Positions 40,409-50,795 of a stretch of DNA of 51,949 bases are shown here, piece by piece (position 1 is the first letter of the stretch; every line of letters starts with the position of its first letter). This DNA is from an uncultured Clostridia bacterium (GTDB taxonomy: Bacteria; Bacillota; Clostridia; Christensenellales; Borkfalkiaceae). The position numbers were made by a program, and so were the translations under genes. The notes under the pieces were generated by a model. The model did not search any database. It had not been told where the DNA came from and saw only the letters and a list, made by a program, of their open reading frames with translations. The stretch is taken from the NCBI GenBank assembly GCA_947629695.1, contig CANREQ010000001.1:1-51949 (forward strand), given 5' to 3'.

Positions 40409-42151
40409 ATGTCAACAATTTACCGCACTTTAAAGACGGAAGAAGTGGGCGAGGACTGCGTGGGGAAGAGCGTCCGTCTCGCCGGCTGGGTGGAAAATAT
40501 CCGCGACCACGGCGGCGTATCCTTTATCGACCTGCGCGATTTTTACGGCGTGGTGCAGGTGGTAATGCGCGACACATCCCTTTTGCAGGGTATAAGCCGC
40601 GAGGATTGCGTCAGCGTTTACGGGGAGATAGAGCACAGGGACGAAGATACTTACAACCCTTCAATCCCCACGGGTACGGTGGAGTTAAATTGCAAACAGG
40701 TGGAAATTTTGGGCAAAGTGCGCGCGCCCCTGCCCTTCGAGATAATAACCTCCAAGGAAACTCGCGAGGACGTGCGGCTTAAATACCGCTACCTCGACCT
40801 GCGCAACAGAAAGGTAAAGGACAATATAGTATTCCGCTCCCAAGTCATATCCTTTTTGCGCGGACAGATGGAAAAGCTGGGCTTTTTGGAAGTCCAGACC
40901 CCCATACTTTGCGCGGGCTCTCCCGAGGGCGCGCGCGACTACATCGTCCCTTCCCGCAGATATAAGGGAAAATTTTACGCCCTGCCGCAAGCTCCCCAGC
41001 AATTCAAACAGCTTCTTATGGTTGGCGGAATTGACAGATATTTCCAGATAGCCCCCTGCTTCCGCGACGAGGACGCCCGCGCCGACCGCTCCCCCGGGGA
41101 GTTCTATCAGCTCGATTTCGAGATGGCTTTTGCCACGCAGGAGGACGTTTTCAAGGTGACCGAAGAGGCGGTTTTGCCGGCCTTTGAAAAGTTCGCTCCC
41201 GCGGGCAGCAGGGTAACCAAAGCCCCCATACCCGTAATTTCTTACGGGCAAGCCATGCTCGAGTATGGCACGGATAAGCCCGATTTGCGCAACCCCCTGA
41301 AAATAATCGACTTGTCGGAATTTTTCGGTAAATGCACATTCGCGCCCTTCATCGGCCGTTGCGTGCGCGCCATAAAGGTGAGCGGGGAGATGAGCAAGGG
41401 TTTTCATGAAAAACTCCTCGCCTTTGCGCTCTCCATAGGCATGGGCGGATTGGGATATCTGGAAGTCATGGCGGACGGCTCATATAAAGGCCCCATAGAT
41501 AAATTCATTCCCGGGCCGCTTAAAGGCGAGCTTTTGGCCCTCGCCGGTTTACAGGCGGGCGATACGATATTTTTCATAGCGGATACGCCGTCAAAAGCCC
41601 CCGTCCTCGCGGGCAAAATACGCGCCGAGCTCGGCGAAAAGTTGGGCTTGATAGACCATACGCGCTACGACTTTTGCTTTGTAAACGACTTCCCCATGTA
41701 CGAAGAGGACGAGGCGACGGGGCAAATCGGCTTCAAACACAATCCCTTTTCCCTGCCCAAGGGCGGGCTGAAAGCCCTCGAAGAGCAAGACCCATTACAA
41801 GTCGTCGCCTACCAATACGACCTGGTGTGCAACGGCGTAGAGCTCTCCTCCGGCGCGGTCAGAAACCACGACATAGACATAATGATAAAGGCGTTTGAAA
41901 TTGCCGGCTACGGGGAGCAGGCGTTAAAGGAAAAATTCGGCGCGCTTTATACCGCCTTTTCCTACGGCGCGCCTCCGCACGCGGGCATGGCTCCCGGCAT
42001 AGACAGGATGATAATGCTTCTTAAAAACGAGCCCAACATAAGGGAGGTCATCGCCTTCCCCATGAGCGCTTCGGGTCAGGATCTTATGACGGGCGCGCCC
42101 AACGCCGTCACCGAAGAACAGCTAAGGGAAGTACACATCAAACTCAGGTGA
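40409..42151 (+). CDS. aspS: aspartate--tRNA ligase (possibly non-discriminating)
   Basis: 580 aa with class IIb motifs (FRDED, GGIDR) and an AAGGAGG RBS. Confidence 0.95.
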   Translation: MSTIYRTLKTEEVGEDCVGKSVRLAGWVENIRDHGGVSFIDLRDFYGVVQVVMRDTSLLQGISREDCVSVYGEIEHRDEDTYNPSIPTGTVELNCKQVEILGKVRAPLPFEIITSKETREDVRLKYRYLDLRNRKVKDNIVFRSQVISFLRGQMEKLGFLEVQTPILCAGSPEGARDYIVPSRRYKGKFYALPQAPQQFKQLLMVGGIDRYFQIAPCFRDEDARADRSPGEFYQLDFEMAFATQEDVFKVTEEAVLPAFEKFAPAGSRVTKAPIPVISYGQAMLEYGTDKPDLRNPLKIIDLSEFFGKCTFAPFIGRCVRAIKVSGEMSKGFHEKLLAFALSIGMGGLGYLEVMADGSYKGPIDKFIPGPLKGELLALAGLQAGDTIFFIADTPSKAPVLAGKIRAELGEKLGLIDHTRYDFCFVNDFPMYEEDEATGQIGFKHNPFSLPKGGLKALEEQDPLQVVAYQYDLVCNGVELSSGAVRNHDIDIMIKAFEIAGYGEQALKEKFGALYTAFSYGAPPHAGMAPGIDRMIMLLKNEPNIREVIAFPMSASGQDLMTGAPNAVTEEQLREVHIKLR

Positions 42152-42161
42152 GGATAAAAAT

Positions 42162-42455
42162 ATGGCAATATCCGAAGAAGAAATAAAATGGCTCGCGCGG
42201 CTGAGCAAGCTGGATTTCGAAGAGGGCGAGCTGGAAAGTTTCACCCGCGGCCTGGATGAGATAATAGGCTTTGCGGACAGAATAAACTCCGATGTCGCGG
42301 GCGATACGCAGAGCATCAGGGAAGTGGAGGGGGAGTGCGACGCGCTTTCCGCTCTCCGCCCGGACGTCGTTACGCCCTCGAGCCCCAATGAGGAAATAAC
42401 TTCAAACGCCGTAAGCGAAAGGGGCTGTTTTTCGGTGAGGAGGGTTGTAAAGTGA
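42162..42455 (+). CDS. gatC: Asp/Glu-tRNA amidotransferase subunit C
   Basis: 97 aa with L..L.L..EE......L..I pattern. It lies directly upstream of gatA. Confidence 0.9.
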   Translation: MAISEEEIKWLARLSKLDFEEGELESFTRGLDEIIGFADRINSDVAGDTQSIREVEGECDALSALRPDVVTPSSPNEEITSNAVSERGCFSVRRVVK

Positions 42456-43906
42456 AGAGCGTTTTACTCCCCCTTGCCAGCGCGCTCCGCTCCGGCGAAA
42501 TAACAAGCGTAAGCCTCACGGAAAAATATATAGCGCGGATAGAGGAAAAAAATCCGCAGATAAACGCGTTTATCCATAATTGCTTCGACTACGCTTTGGA
42601 GAGCGCGGAAAGGGCGGATAAACTCATAAAGGGCGGCAATGCGCCCATTCTTGCGGGCATACCCTTCGGCATAAAGGACAATATCTGCACAAAGGGACTG
42701 CCCACGACGTGCTGCTCGCGTATTCTGGAAAATTTCAAACCCATTTACGACGCGGCGGCCTGGGAGAAGTTAAAGGCGGCGGGCGCGGTGCTACTCGGTA
42801 AGACCAATATGGATGAGTTTGCCATGGGCTCCACGGGCGAAAGGTCGGTCTACGGGCCGTGCGTCAACCCGCTGAATGGGGAAAAGGTCACGGGCGGCTC
42901 TTCGGGCGGCTCTGCGGCGGCTGTTTGCGCCCGCATGGCTCCTTACGCCATCGGGTCGGATACGGGCGGATCCGTGCGCCAACCCGCTTCTTTTTGCGGC
43001 GTTGTGGGATTTAAACCAAGCTACGGCGCAGTGTCCCGCTACGGGCTGATCGCATACGGCTCCTCGCTCGATTGCATAGGCACGCTTACGTCGTCCGTGT
43101 CGGACGCGGCGATCGTTTTCGACGGGATAAGGGGGCGCGACGACAGGGACAGGACGAGCATTCCCTCCCCCACGGGCAAAAAGGAGCTGAAGGGTGACAT
43201 AAAGGGATTGAAAATAGGCGTAGCGGAAGAGCTGTTCGAGGGCTGTTCGAGTGAGGTTGCGGACGCTGTCAAAGAGGCCGTAAAGCTCTACGAAAGCGCG
43301 GGCGCAAAGATAATAAAGATGAGTATCCCCGCCTTGACCCTTGCCCTGCCCGCCTACTATATCATAGCGTGCGCGGAGGCTTCGTCCAACCTCGGCAGAT
43401 ACGACGGCATACGCTACGGCTATCGCGCGTCGGGCTATTCCGGCGTGGACGACATGGTTATAAAAACGCGCTCGCAAGGCTTCGGGGACGAGGTGAAAAA
43501 GCGCATAATGCTCGGCACGTACGTGCTCTCGTCGGGCTATTTCGACGCGTATTACAAAAAGGCGTGCATAGTGCGCAACAACATAAAAGCGGAGCTTGAA
43601 AAGGTATTCGGACAGTGCGATGTGCTGTTCGCTCCCACGGCCCCGAAAACGGCGTTCCCCCGCGGATATGCCTCAACCAACCCGCTTGAAACCTATTCGG
43701 CGGACATGTGCACGGTGCCCGTAAACATAGCGGGACTGTCCGCGATTTCCATTCCCTGCGGGGCGGATAAAGAGGGCATGCCGATAGGCTTGCAGATAAT
43801 CGGCGCGCGCGGGGCGGATTTAACCGTGCTGGACTGCGCCTACTTTGCCGAAAGGGAAAACGCGTTTGCGCATTGCGACAAAGGGGAGGACGACTATGAG
43901 TTATGA
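42452..43906 (+). CDS. gatA: Asp/Glu-tRNA amidotransferase subunit A
   Basis: 484 aa with the amidase signature GGSSGGSAAAV. The GTG start overlaps the gatC stop. Confidence 0.95.
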   Translation: MKSVLLPLASALRSGEITSVSLTEKYIARIEEKNPQINAFIHNCFDYALESAERADKLIKGGNAPILAGIPFGIKDNICTKGLPTTCCSRILENFKPIYDAAAWEKLKAAGAVLLGKTNMDEFAMGSTGERSVYGPCVNPLNGEKVTGGSSGGSAAAVCARMAPYAIGSDTGGSVRQPASFCGVVGFKPSYGAVSRYGLIAYGSSLDCIGTLTSSVSDAAIVFDGIRGRDDRDRTSIPSPTGKKELKGDIKGLKIGVAEELFEGCSSEVADAVKEAVKLYESAGAKIIKMSIPALTLALPAYYIIACAEASSNLGRYDGIRYGYRASGYSGVDDMVIKTRSQGFGDEVKKRIMLGTYVLSSGYFDAYYKKACIVRNNIKAELEKVFGQCDVLFAPTAPKTAFPRGYASTNPLETYSADMCTVPVNIAGLSAISIPCGADKEGMPIGLQIIGARGADLTVLDCAYFAERENAFAHCDKGEDDYEL

Positions 43907-45311
43907 AATGGTCTGCGGAATAGAAACGCATATAGAGCTTTCCACCGCGACAAAGATATTCTGCGGCTGTTCGACGGCGTTCGGCGGCGCGCCCAACACC
44001 CACTGTTGCCCCATTTGCACCGGCCAGCCGGGCGCGCTTCCCACTCTCAACGAAAAGGTAGTGGAGTACGCGATAACGGCGGGGCTCGCGACAAACTGTA
44101 AAATAAACGCCGTCACCCACCTCGACAGGAAAAATTATTGCTATCCCGATCTGCCCAAAGCCTATCAGATATCGCAGTACGACAAGCCGCTGTGCGAGCA
44201 CGGCTATATCGCATTGGACAGCGGCAAGAAGATAGGGATAACGCGCATACACATAGAAGAGGACGCAGGCAAACTCATGCACGAGGGCGGTTTTACGTTC
44301 ATAGATTACAACCGCGGCGGCGTGCCTTTGATAGAGATCGTCTCGGAGCCTGACATATCCTCCCCCGAAGAGGCGCGCGAGTACGCCGAAAAACTGCGCC
44401 TTATAATGCGCGCCGTCGGCGTTTCGGATTGCCGCATGCAGGAGGGCTCCATGCGTTGCGACGTGAATATCTCCTTAAAAGAGAAGGGCTCGGGCGCGTT
44501 CGGCACCCGCACGGAGATAAAGAATATGAACTCCCTCTCGCACATGGTCAAGGCGTTGGAGTACGAGTATTCCCGCCAGGAGGATATTTTGAAAAGCGGC
44601 GGAAAGGTGGAGCAAGCCACTCTGAGGTTTGACGAGCGCACGGGCGAGACATACGTCATGCGCACCAAAGAGGACGCGCAGGATTACAGATATTTCCCCG
44701 AGCCCGACCTCCTCACCGTGGTAATCCCACAGGAAAAAATCGACTCGTTAAAGGCGGCCCTTCCGGAGCTTCCGGACGCAAGATACAAAAGATACACCCG
44801 GGATTTGGGCATAAATCCCCATTCCGCGCGGCTGATTTACGCCTATTCCAACGTCTGCGCGTTCATAGACGGGGTCATAGCTCTGGGCGGCGGCGTAAAA
44901 AACACCGTAAATCTGACCGTCGGCACCATTTTTTCCACACTTCCCTCGGAAGGCGACAAGGAAGAGTTTGCGATAAAGGTCACGGCAGGTGAAATGGCCA
45001 AGCTCGTAAAGCTTTTGGACGGCGGCTTTATAAACGTCACCATGGCGCAAAAAACCCTCGCTTCGATGCTCGCGGAGGGCAAAGCGGTGGAGGCGTATAT
45101 AAGCCAAAGCGACACGGCGAAAGTGGACGAGGGGGAGCTTGAGAAAATTTGCGCGGACGCGCTCAAAGCCAACCCCAAGGTCAAAGAGGATTTCAAAGCG
45201 GGCAAGGAAAAGGCGATTTTCGCGCTGTTCGGATACGTCAAAAAGCAGACGGGCGGCAGGGCGGATATGCGCAAGGCGGAGGAGATCCTGCGCAAATTGC
45301 TTTCCGAGTGA
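43896..45311 (+). CDS. gatB: Asp/Glu-tRNA amidotransferase subunit B
   Basis: Begins MSYEMVCGIETHIEL. I chose the ATG at 43896 (GGGGAGG RBS), which overlaps the end of gatA by 11 nt. Confidence 0.95.
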   Translation: MSYEMVCGIETHIELSTATKIFCGCSTAFGGAPNTHCCPICTGQPGALPTLNEKVVEYAITAGLATNCKINAVTHLDRKNYCYPDLPKAYQISQYDKPLCEHGYIALDSGKKIGITRIHIEEDAGKLMHEGGFTFIDYNRGGVPLIEIVSEPDISSPEEAREYAEKLRLIMRAVGVSDCRMQEGSMRCDVNISLKEKGSGAFGTRTEIKNMNSLSHMVKALEYEYSRQEDILKSGGKVEQATLRFDERTGETYVMRTKEDAQDYRYFPEPDLLTVVIPQEKIDSLKAALPELPDARYKRYTRDLGINPHSARLIYAYSNVCAFIDGVIALGGGVKNTVNLTVGTIFSTLPSEGDKEEFAIKVTAGEMAKLVKLLDGGFINVTMAQKTLASMLAEGKAVEAYISQSDTAKVDEGELEKICADALKANPKVKEDFKAGKEKAIFALFGYVKKQTGGRADMRKAEEILRKLLSE

Positions 45312-45384
45312 TCCGCCGCAAAAATAAAACAAAACGGCAAACCGCAAAATAGCTAAGCGCAAAAGCGCGGGACGGTTTAAAAAA

Positions 45385-45418
45385 ACGCAACGGGGTGTAC
45401 GCCTAGGGTTGCGTTTTT
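45385..45418 (+). terminator. intrinsic terminator after gatB
   Basis: acgcaac ... gttgcgt stem followed by a T5 run. Confidence 0.55.
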
Positions 45419-45519
45419 GACTTTTATGTGTTAAAATAAACTCATTCAAGCCCCCGCGCGCGAAAAAGGCGTAAACCTTCTGTTAAGGCGGGATAAAAAT
45501 TTTTACGGAAGAAAAGCAA

Positions 45520-46353
45520 ATGAGTTTTGTAGACGTGTTCCTCGTAATCGTGTTCCTCTTCTTCATCGGCAGTATGAGCGGTTGGGTGCTGGAGGTGCTT
45601 TTCCGCAGATTTTGTTCTGCGAAAAAGTGGATAAACCCCGGCTTTCTCACCGGCCCCTATCTCCCGCTGTACGGGTTCGGCGTGGTGGGATTGTTCGGCA
45701 TTTCGCTGCTACCGATAAATACGGGCTTTAAATGGCTGGACAGCGTGCTCATAATCCTCATTATGGGCGTCGCTATGACGGTAATTGAGTACATAGCCGG
45801 GCTGATTTTCATCAAGGGCATGAAGATCCGCCTTTGGGATTACAGCGACCGTTGGGGAAATATCCAGGGAATAATCTGCCCGCTTTTCTCCTTTTTCTGG
45901 CTGATAGTCTCGGCGTTTTTCTATTTCGTGATAGACGCGACGGTTATAAGCGCGGTGACGTGGTTTGTCCACCATATAGAGTTTGCGTTCGTCGTCGGCA
46001 TATTCACGGGCATATTTTTGGTTGACCTCGCCCATTCGCTCAATCTTTCGGTGCGCATACGCAAATTCGCAGACGAGCACAAAGTCGTCGTCAATTTCGA
46101 AAAACTCAAGGAAACGCTGTACGACAAGATAGTGGAGATAGAGCACAAGCACCCCAATTTCTGCTTCCCCTTTATAAAGCTGAGCGGATTTAAGGAACAG
46201 CTCACTGCCGAAAAGGAAAAATTCAGTTATGCGGGAAGATTAAAGTCGGGCAAAAAGCGCGTTAAAAGTGCGGAAAGCGATTCGCCAGCGGCGGAGGACG
46301 GCGCGCAGTCGGAAGCGGCGGCGACGGACAGCGGCGAAGATAAGGAAAATTGA
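45520..46353 (+). CDS. membrane protein, putative ABC-transporter type IV (CmpB/DUF1113-like) with an acidic C-terminal tail
   Basis: Contains GW.LEV..R.......NPGFL.GP.LP.YGFG, typical of that family. 277 aa. Confidence 0.7.
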   Translation: MSFVDVFLVIVFLFFIGSMSGWVLEVLFRRFCSAKKWINPGFLTGPYLPLYGFGVVGLFGISLLPINTGFKWLDSVLIILIMGVAMTVIEYIAGLIFIKGMKIRLWDYSDRWGNIQGIICPLFSFFWLIVSAFFYFVIDATVISAVTWFVHHIEFAFVVGIFTGIFLVDLAHSLNLSVRIRKFADEHKVVVNFEKLKETLYDKIVEIEHKHPNFCFPFIKLSGFKEQLTAEKEKFSYAGRLKSGKKRVKSAESDSPAAEDGAQSEAAATDSGEDKEN

Positions 46354-46372
46354 AAAATTACAAGCGCAATTT

Positions 46373-47278
46373 ATGAAGAAGTTTTTGCGGACGCTGTTAA
46401 TATCGCTGTGCCTTGCTGGCGTATTTGTCTTGACGGGGTGCGGCGGTTGCGAAATAATCTCCAACGACCGTAGCGGCGTGATGTACTACGCGCCCCATTC
46501 GGACGCAAATTACTATTATTACAACCTCGGCTACAACTTTTCGGGCACCGAATATATCCGCGTAAACAAGGCGACGGGGGAGAGCAAGTTCTTTATCAAC
46601 GACAGCGGCGTGGACGGATTTATTCCCGGCGTTGCCTATGAACCCGCGGAGCCCGATGTGTGGACGAGGGAAGAGGGCGACGTGACATATCAATATGAAA
46701 TTCCCGCCTTGCCGGAAGTTGCGGAAAGCATAAACAACGGCTGGCGTGGCAAAGTGCGCGTCTCCAAGGAAAACTACCCGATAGTTGGCAATCTGACGGA
46801 AATGTACCAAAAGGGCGGCGCGGAGTTTATACATATCTTCCTCCTGGACGGAGGGGACTATGCCTACGGCTTCGTAAACGTGTACGACCACTCCACGGGC
46901 ATGCTGTTCGGGGGCGGAGTCGCCGGCGTTTCGGGCATTTCATACGGCGTATTCATAAAATATCATTATTCCTCGGGCGAGGCCGAAGAGCTGTTGAAGG
47001 CGGAGGGCGGCTGTATCACCGCGTTCGACAGGGATACGGTTTTGTTCTTCAAAGGGGAGAAGTACTACACGCAAAATACCGGCGGACAGCCTCAATACAT
47101 TTGCGACGATCTGGCATACGACAAGGGCGCAACGGGATATTCCTCTGTTTATACGATGTTTAACGAAGAGCATTTTGTCATTCATATGCACTCCGACGAC
47201 GGGAAAAGCGTAAACGACTACGCCTACATAATCGGCGCGGACGGAAATTTAATATCGCATTGCCGCGCGGAAGGTTAG
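46373..47278 (+). CDS. lipoprotein of unknown function
   Basis: It has the signal peptide MKKFLRTLLISLCLAGVFVLTGC (lipobox LTGC). I chose the ATG at 46373 rather than the ORF-track start inside the upstream gene. Confidence 0.7.
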   Translation: MKKFLRTLLISLCLAGVFVLTGCGGCEIISNDRSGVMYYAPHSDANYYYYNLGYNFSGTEYIRVNKATGESKFFINDSGVDGFIPGVAYEPAEPDVWTREEGDVTYQYEIPALPEVAESINNGWRGKVRVSKENYPIVGNLTEMYQKGGAEFIHIFLLDGGDYAYGFVNVYDHSTGMLFGGGVAGVSGISYGVFIKYHYSSGEAEELLKAEGGCITAFDRDTVLFFKGEKYYTQNTGGQPQYICDDLAYDKGATGYSSVYTMFNEEHFVIHMHSDDGKSVNDYAYIIGADGNLISHCRAEG

Positions 47279-47307
47279 TTTGAAATTATAAAGGCAAATC
47301 AAAAATT

Positions 47308-47343
47308 AAATGCGGCGGAAGGTCTGACCTTCCGCCGCATTTA
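47308..47343. terminator. bidirectional terminator (lipoprotein gene / rubrerythrin)
   Basis: atgcggcggaagg / ccttccgccgcat stem with A/T runs on both sides. Confidence 0.65.
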
Positions 47344-47410
47344 AAATGTCTTGAATAATTTTTAATTTTCGCAAGAGTTTTGGCTTTAAGAAATTGACGG
47401 TAATTTCCTG

Positions 47411-47962
47411 TCAATAATTTTCCTTGCGCACCTCGAAAAAGCTTTGGGGATGCGCGCAAACGGGGCAGACTTCGGGAGCCTTGGTGCCGACTACGATATG
47501 CCCGCAGTTTCTGCATTCCCAAACGCTTACGCCGCTCTTTTCAAAGACCTGTTTTGTCTCCACGTTTTTCAAAAGCGCGCGGTATCTCTCCTCGTGGGAT
47601 TTTTCAATGGCCGCCACTCCGCGGAATTGCGCCGCAAGCCTCGTAAATCCTTCTTCTTCGGCCTCGCGCGCCATTCTCTCGTACATGTCCGTCCATTCTG
47701 CGTTTTCGCCCTCGGCCGCCGCAAGGAGGTTTTCCTCCACGGTGCCTATTCCGCCCAGCGCCTTAAACCAAAGCTTGGCGTGTTCCTTTTCGTTTTCGGC
47801 AGTCTTTAAAAAGAGCTCCGCGATCTGCTCGTAGCCCGCTTTTTTGGCGACCGATGCGAAGTAGGTGTACTTGTTTCTCGCCTGAGATTCGCCCGCAAAA
47901 GCTTCCCACAGGTTTTTCTCCGTCTTTGTTCCCGCAAGGGGATTTTTCTTTTGTTCGCTCAT
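47411..47962 (-). CDS. rbr: rubrerythrin
   Basis: 183 aa with diiron E..H motifs ([16 protein letters not shown]) and a C-terminal rubredoxin CRNCG...CPVC. Confidence 0.95.
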   Translation of the reverse strand: MSEQKKNPLAGTKTEKNLWEAFAGESQARNKYTYFASVAKKAGYEQIAELFLKTAENEKEHAKLWFKALGGIGTVEENLLAAAEGENAEWTDMYERMAREAEEEGFTRLAAQFRGVAAIEKSHEERYRALLKNVETKQVFEKSGVSVWECRNCGHIVVGTKAPEVCPVCAHPQSFFEVRKENY

Positions 47963-48004
47963 AATTTTAACCTCACTTTAAATCGGGATTTTTCCCGTAA
48001 CTAA

Positions 48005-48033
48005 TTTATAACATAAAAGAGATATTTTGTCAA
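48005..48033 (-). promoter_or_regulatory. sigma-A-type promoter candidate for rubrerythrin
   Basis: The minus strand reads TTGACA-17 nt-TATAAA. Confidence 0.45.
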
Positions 48034-48041
48034 TCGTGCAC

Positions 48042-48073
48042 AAAAAAATCTCCGCCCGAAAGACGGACGGAGA
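48042..48073 (-). terminator. intrinsic terminator of the 48093-48569 gene
   Basis: On the minus strand a tctccg...cggaga hairpin is followed by T7. Confidence 0.65.
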
Positions 48074-48092
48074 CAAAAATTGCTTTTTTGAA

Positions 48093-48569
48093 TTATTCCT
48101 TGCCGAGGAAGAGGGGCACCGCGGTTATTATCGACCCGATGGGGAGAAGATAAGCCCCGGCGCTTGCCGCCAACTCCGTGCTCAAGACGCCTGCCGTGGA
48201 AAATTGGTTACCGTAAACAATTGCGAATATTAACGTGAGAACCGCGAAAACAATCACAACCGCCGCGCATATTACGCGGATAAGCCACTTGATCTTAACA
48301 ACGCCCAGAGAGTTGAGCGCCATCACTAAGCACGCGGCGACCGTAAAGATAAGCGTTATTATCGCAAACGCCTGTACGAGCGCAATCGATATATCCGTTT
48401 CCTTTGCATATTCGGCAAACAGCCCGTAACTTTCGGAAGTCCCGCCCAAAAGAGTTTCCAATTTGCCCGTATACCAGGGCACCGCAATACCCACGATCGC
48501 AAGTATAACGCCCACTGCGGCGACGCAGAGGAGGATTATCTGCAATAAATTCAGTTTGTTCTTTGCCAT
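48093..48569 (-). CDS. membrane protein of unknown function (4 TM)
   Basis: 158 aa from the ATG at 48569 (AAGGAG RBS). It is strongly hydrophobic. Confidence 0.65.
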   Translation of the reverse strand: MAKNKLNLLQIILLCVAAVGVILAIVGIAVPWYTGKLETLLGGTSESYGLFAEYAKETDISIALVQAFAIITLIFTVAACLVMALNSLGVVKIKWLIRVICAAVVIVFAVLTLIFAIVYGNQFSTAGVLSTELAASAGAYLLPIGSIITAVPLFLGKE

Positions 48570-48687
48570 AAATTTTCTCCTTAAAATTTTTCTTACATTA
48601 TACATTTATTTTAACAAAATGTCAAACGTTCGCCCATAATGTTTTACTTTTTCCGCGGGATATTATAATATAAGCGCGGAGGTTGTT

Positions 48688-49542
48688 ATGCCTGATGAAA
48701 TAATCGCGGCCGCGCAAAGCGTACAAGCGGTTTCGGTCCGCGCGGAAAACAGCATACGCGGCAAATTCAAAAAACTTCTCTTTAATCCCTTTGTCAAGGC
48801 CGTAAACGATTACCGCCTGCTTGAGGAGGGGGACAAAGTAGCGGTCTGCATATCCGGAGGGAAGGATTCCTTCCTCATGGCCAAACTCTTTCAGGAGCTG
48901 AAACGCCACAACAAATATCCCTTCGAGCTGGTGTTTCTTGTCATGGACCCCGGCTATAATCCCGCAAACCGCGCGCTGATAGAGAGCAACGCCCGCGCAT
49001 TGGATATTCCCGTGCGCATTTTCCAAACGGATATATTCCAAAATGTCGTAAACATTGAAAAATCGCCCTGTTATATCTGCGCGAGGATGCGCCGCGGGCA
49101 CCTTTACGCCAAGGCAAAGGAACTCGGCTGTAACAAAATCGCGCTCGGTCACCATTTCGACGACGTGATAGAGACTATTTTGATGGGCATGCTGTACGGC
49201 GGGCAGATGCAGACCATGATGCCCCGCATAGACAGCGCGCATTTCGAGGGCATGCGCCTCATCCGCCCCATGTATCTCGTCCGCGAAAAGGACATAAAGG
49301 CGTGGAGGGATTACAACAAATTGAATTTTTTGCAGTGCGCCTGCCGCTTTACGGAGCGCGTGTCCGCAGATAACGTAAGCTCCAAGCGCGCGGAGGTCAA
49401 AGAACTTATCAAAACTTTGTCGGAACGCGATGATGGCATCGCGCAGAATATCTTCAAGAGCGCGGAAAACGTAAGCCTTTCCACGGTCGTAGCCTATAAG
49501 GACAAAGAGGGGGTCAAGCACTATTTCTACGACGATGACTAA
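48688..49542 (+). CDS. ttcA: TtcA-family PP-loop tRNA thiolation ATPase
   Basis: Contains the SGGKDS PP-loop and Cys pairs CYIC and CAC. A GGAGGT RBS is present. Confidence 0.75.
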   Translation: MPDEIIAAAQSVQAVSVRAENSIRGKFKKLLFNPFVKAVNDYRLLEEGDKVAVCISGGKDSFLMAKLFQELKRHNKYPFELVFLVMDPGYNPANRALIESNARALDIPVRIFQTDIFQNVVNIEKSPCYICARMRRGHLYAKAKELGCNKIALGHHFDDVIETILMGMLYGGQMQTMMPRIDSAHFEGMRLIRPMYLVREKDIKAWRDYNKLNFLQCACRFTERVSADNVSSKRAEVKELIKTLSERDDGIAQNIFKSAENVSLSTVVAYKDKEGVKHYFYDDD

Positions 49543-49562
49543 ATGATTTCAAACAACCGAAA

Positions 49563-49602
49563 AAAGCGCGCCGACGGGTTTTATTGCCCGTCGGCGCGCT
49601 TT
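49563..49602. terminator. bidirectional terminator
   Basis: aaagcgcgccgacggg / cccgtcggcgcgcttt form a 16-bp stem. Confidence 0.7.
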
Positions 49603-49615
49603 AAAATTTAAAAAA

Positions 49616-50461
49616 TCACTGCTTTTTCCTGCAAATTATCTTTGTCTTTGTCACATCGACTTTATCTTCTTCCATAATTATTTCGCCTATCTGCTCGGCG
49701 CATATCCGCCCGCCAATCGGGTTTTTCACGCTGTCAACCGCATTGCAGATGTCCGCTTCCACGGTGGAGTACTCAAACGCGAGGGTGGTGTTTATCAGCT
49801 TGCAGTTTACAAGCTTCAGGTTTTTCACATAACAAAGCCCCTGCAAACTCTCTATCGTGCAGTTGACAAACGTCAGATTTTCGGAGTTCCATCCCAGATA
49901 TTCTCCCGAGATAAAGGAGTTGTAAACCGTCACGTTTTTGCAATTCCAGAACGCGTCTTTGGTCAGCATGCGGGAGTTTTTTATGACTATGTTTTCCCCG
50001 CCGTCAAACCCGTAATTTCCGTCCAAATCTAGGTTTTCTATTTCAACCTCTTTGCAGTTCATGCCGAAATAATCCCCGCAAGCGCTCACGTTTTCAAGCT
50101 TGACCTTTTCACAGCCCCACAGCGTTTCCGCCGCATGGGGCATTGTAACGTTTTCAAGTGAAAGATTTTCGCACCTGCGGAATGTTTTGGGCGCGGCTAT
50201 CGTGCAGTTTTTGAATTTTATTGAACGCGTATACCACACGCCCGCGCGCGCCGTTTCGAAAAACGTGCAGTTTTCAAGCGAAATGTTCTGAGAATACCAA
50301 ATGGGATATTTCCATTTGAAAAGACAGCTGTAAAGGTCTATATTGCGGCTCTCCTTCAAAGGGGATTCCCCGTCTGCAAAAGTACAGTCGCAAATGCGCG
50401 TATCCGCGGCGAAAAACAGCGCCCTCTCGCCCGTAAAAAATTGTTGCTTCAACTCTTTCAT
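49616..50461 (-). CDS. DUF3737-like right-handed beta-helix protein
   Basis: 281 aa from the ATG at 50461. It has repeated N(C/V)T.....F/W.C.N turns typical of parallel beta-helix repeats. Confidence 0.65.
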   Translation of the reverse strand: MKELKQQFFTGERALFFAADTRICDCTFADGESPLKESRNIDLYSCLFKWKYPIWYSQNISLENCTFFETARAGVWYTRSIKFKNCTIAAPKTFRRCENLSLENVTMPHAAETLWGCEKVKLENVSACGDYFGMNCKEVEIENLDLDGNYGFDGGENIVIKNSRMLTKDAFWNCKNVTVYNSFISGEYLGWNSENLTFVNCTIESLQGLCYVKNLKLVNCKLINTTLAFEYSTVEADICNAVDSVKNPIGGRICAEQIGEIIMEEDKVDVTKTKIICRKKQ

Positions 50462-50795
50462 ACATCTCTTCCGTATTAGCCGAAAAATTTTCCGTAACGG
50501 AAATATTATATCAGCAATTGCATTATCCGTCAAGGGAAATCGACAAAACCCCGGCCGCCCCGCAAAAAACTTTTGCAATATTGTTTCATAAAGCGGAAGT
50601 ATAAATAATTTACCCCTTTATTCCGCCCGTCTTGCCCCGTTTGCAGAGCCGCGGCCGCGGAAATATAAATTTTATTTATAGTTACACTAAAAAACTCATT
50701 ATAGCCGATTGCTTGACCGCGCAATTTCGCGCGCATAAAATTTATGGCAGATGAAGCAGAAGAAACGGCGCATTTTGCCGTAAAAGGAGTAAAAA

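Noticed and set aside
50579-50795. A possible glutamine riboswitch or GlnR/TnrA box upstream of glnA (type III).
   Set aside because: I could not find the glnA-RNA conserved blocks or a clean TGTNA-N7-TNACA palindrome. Only a weak GC hairpin (about 50712-50730) is present.
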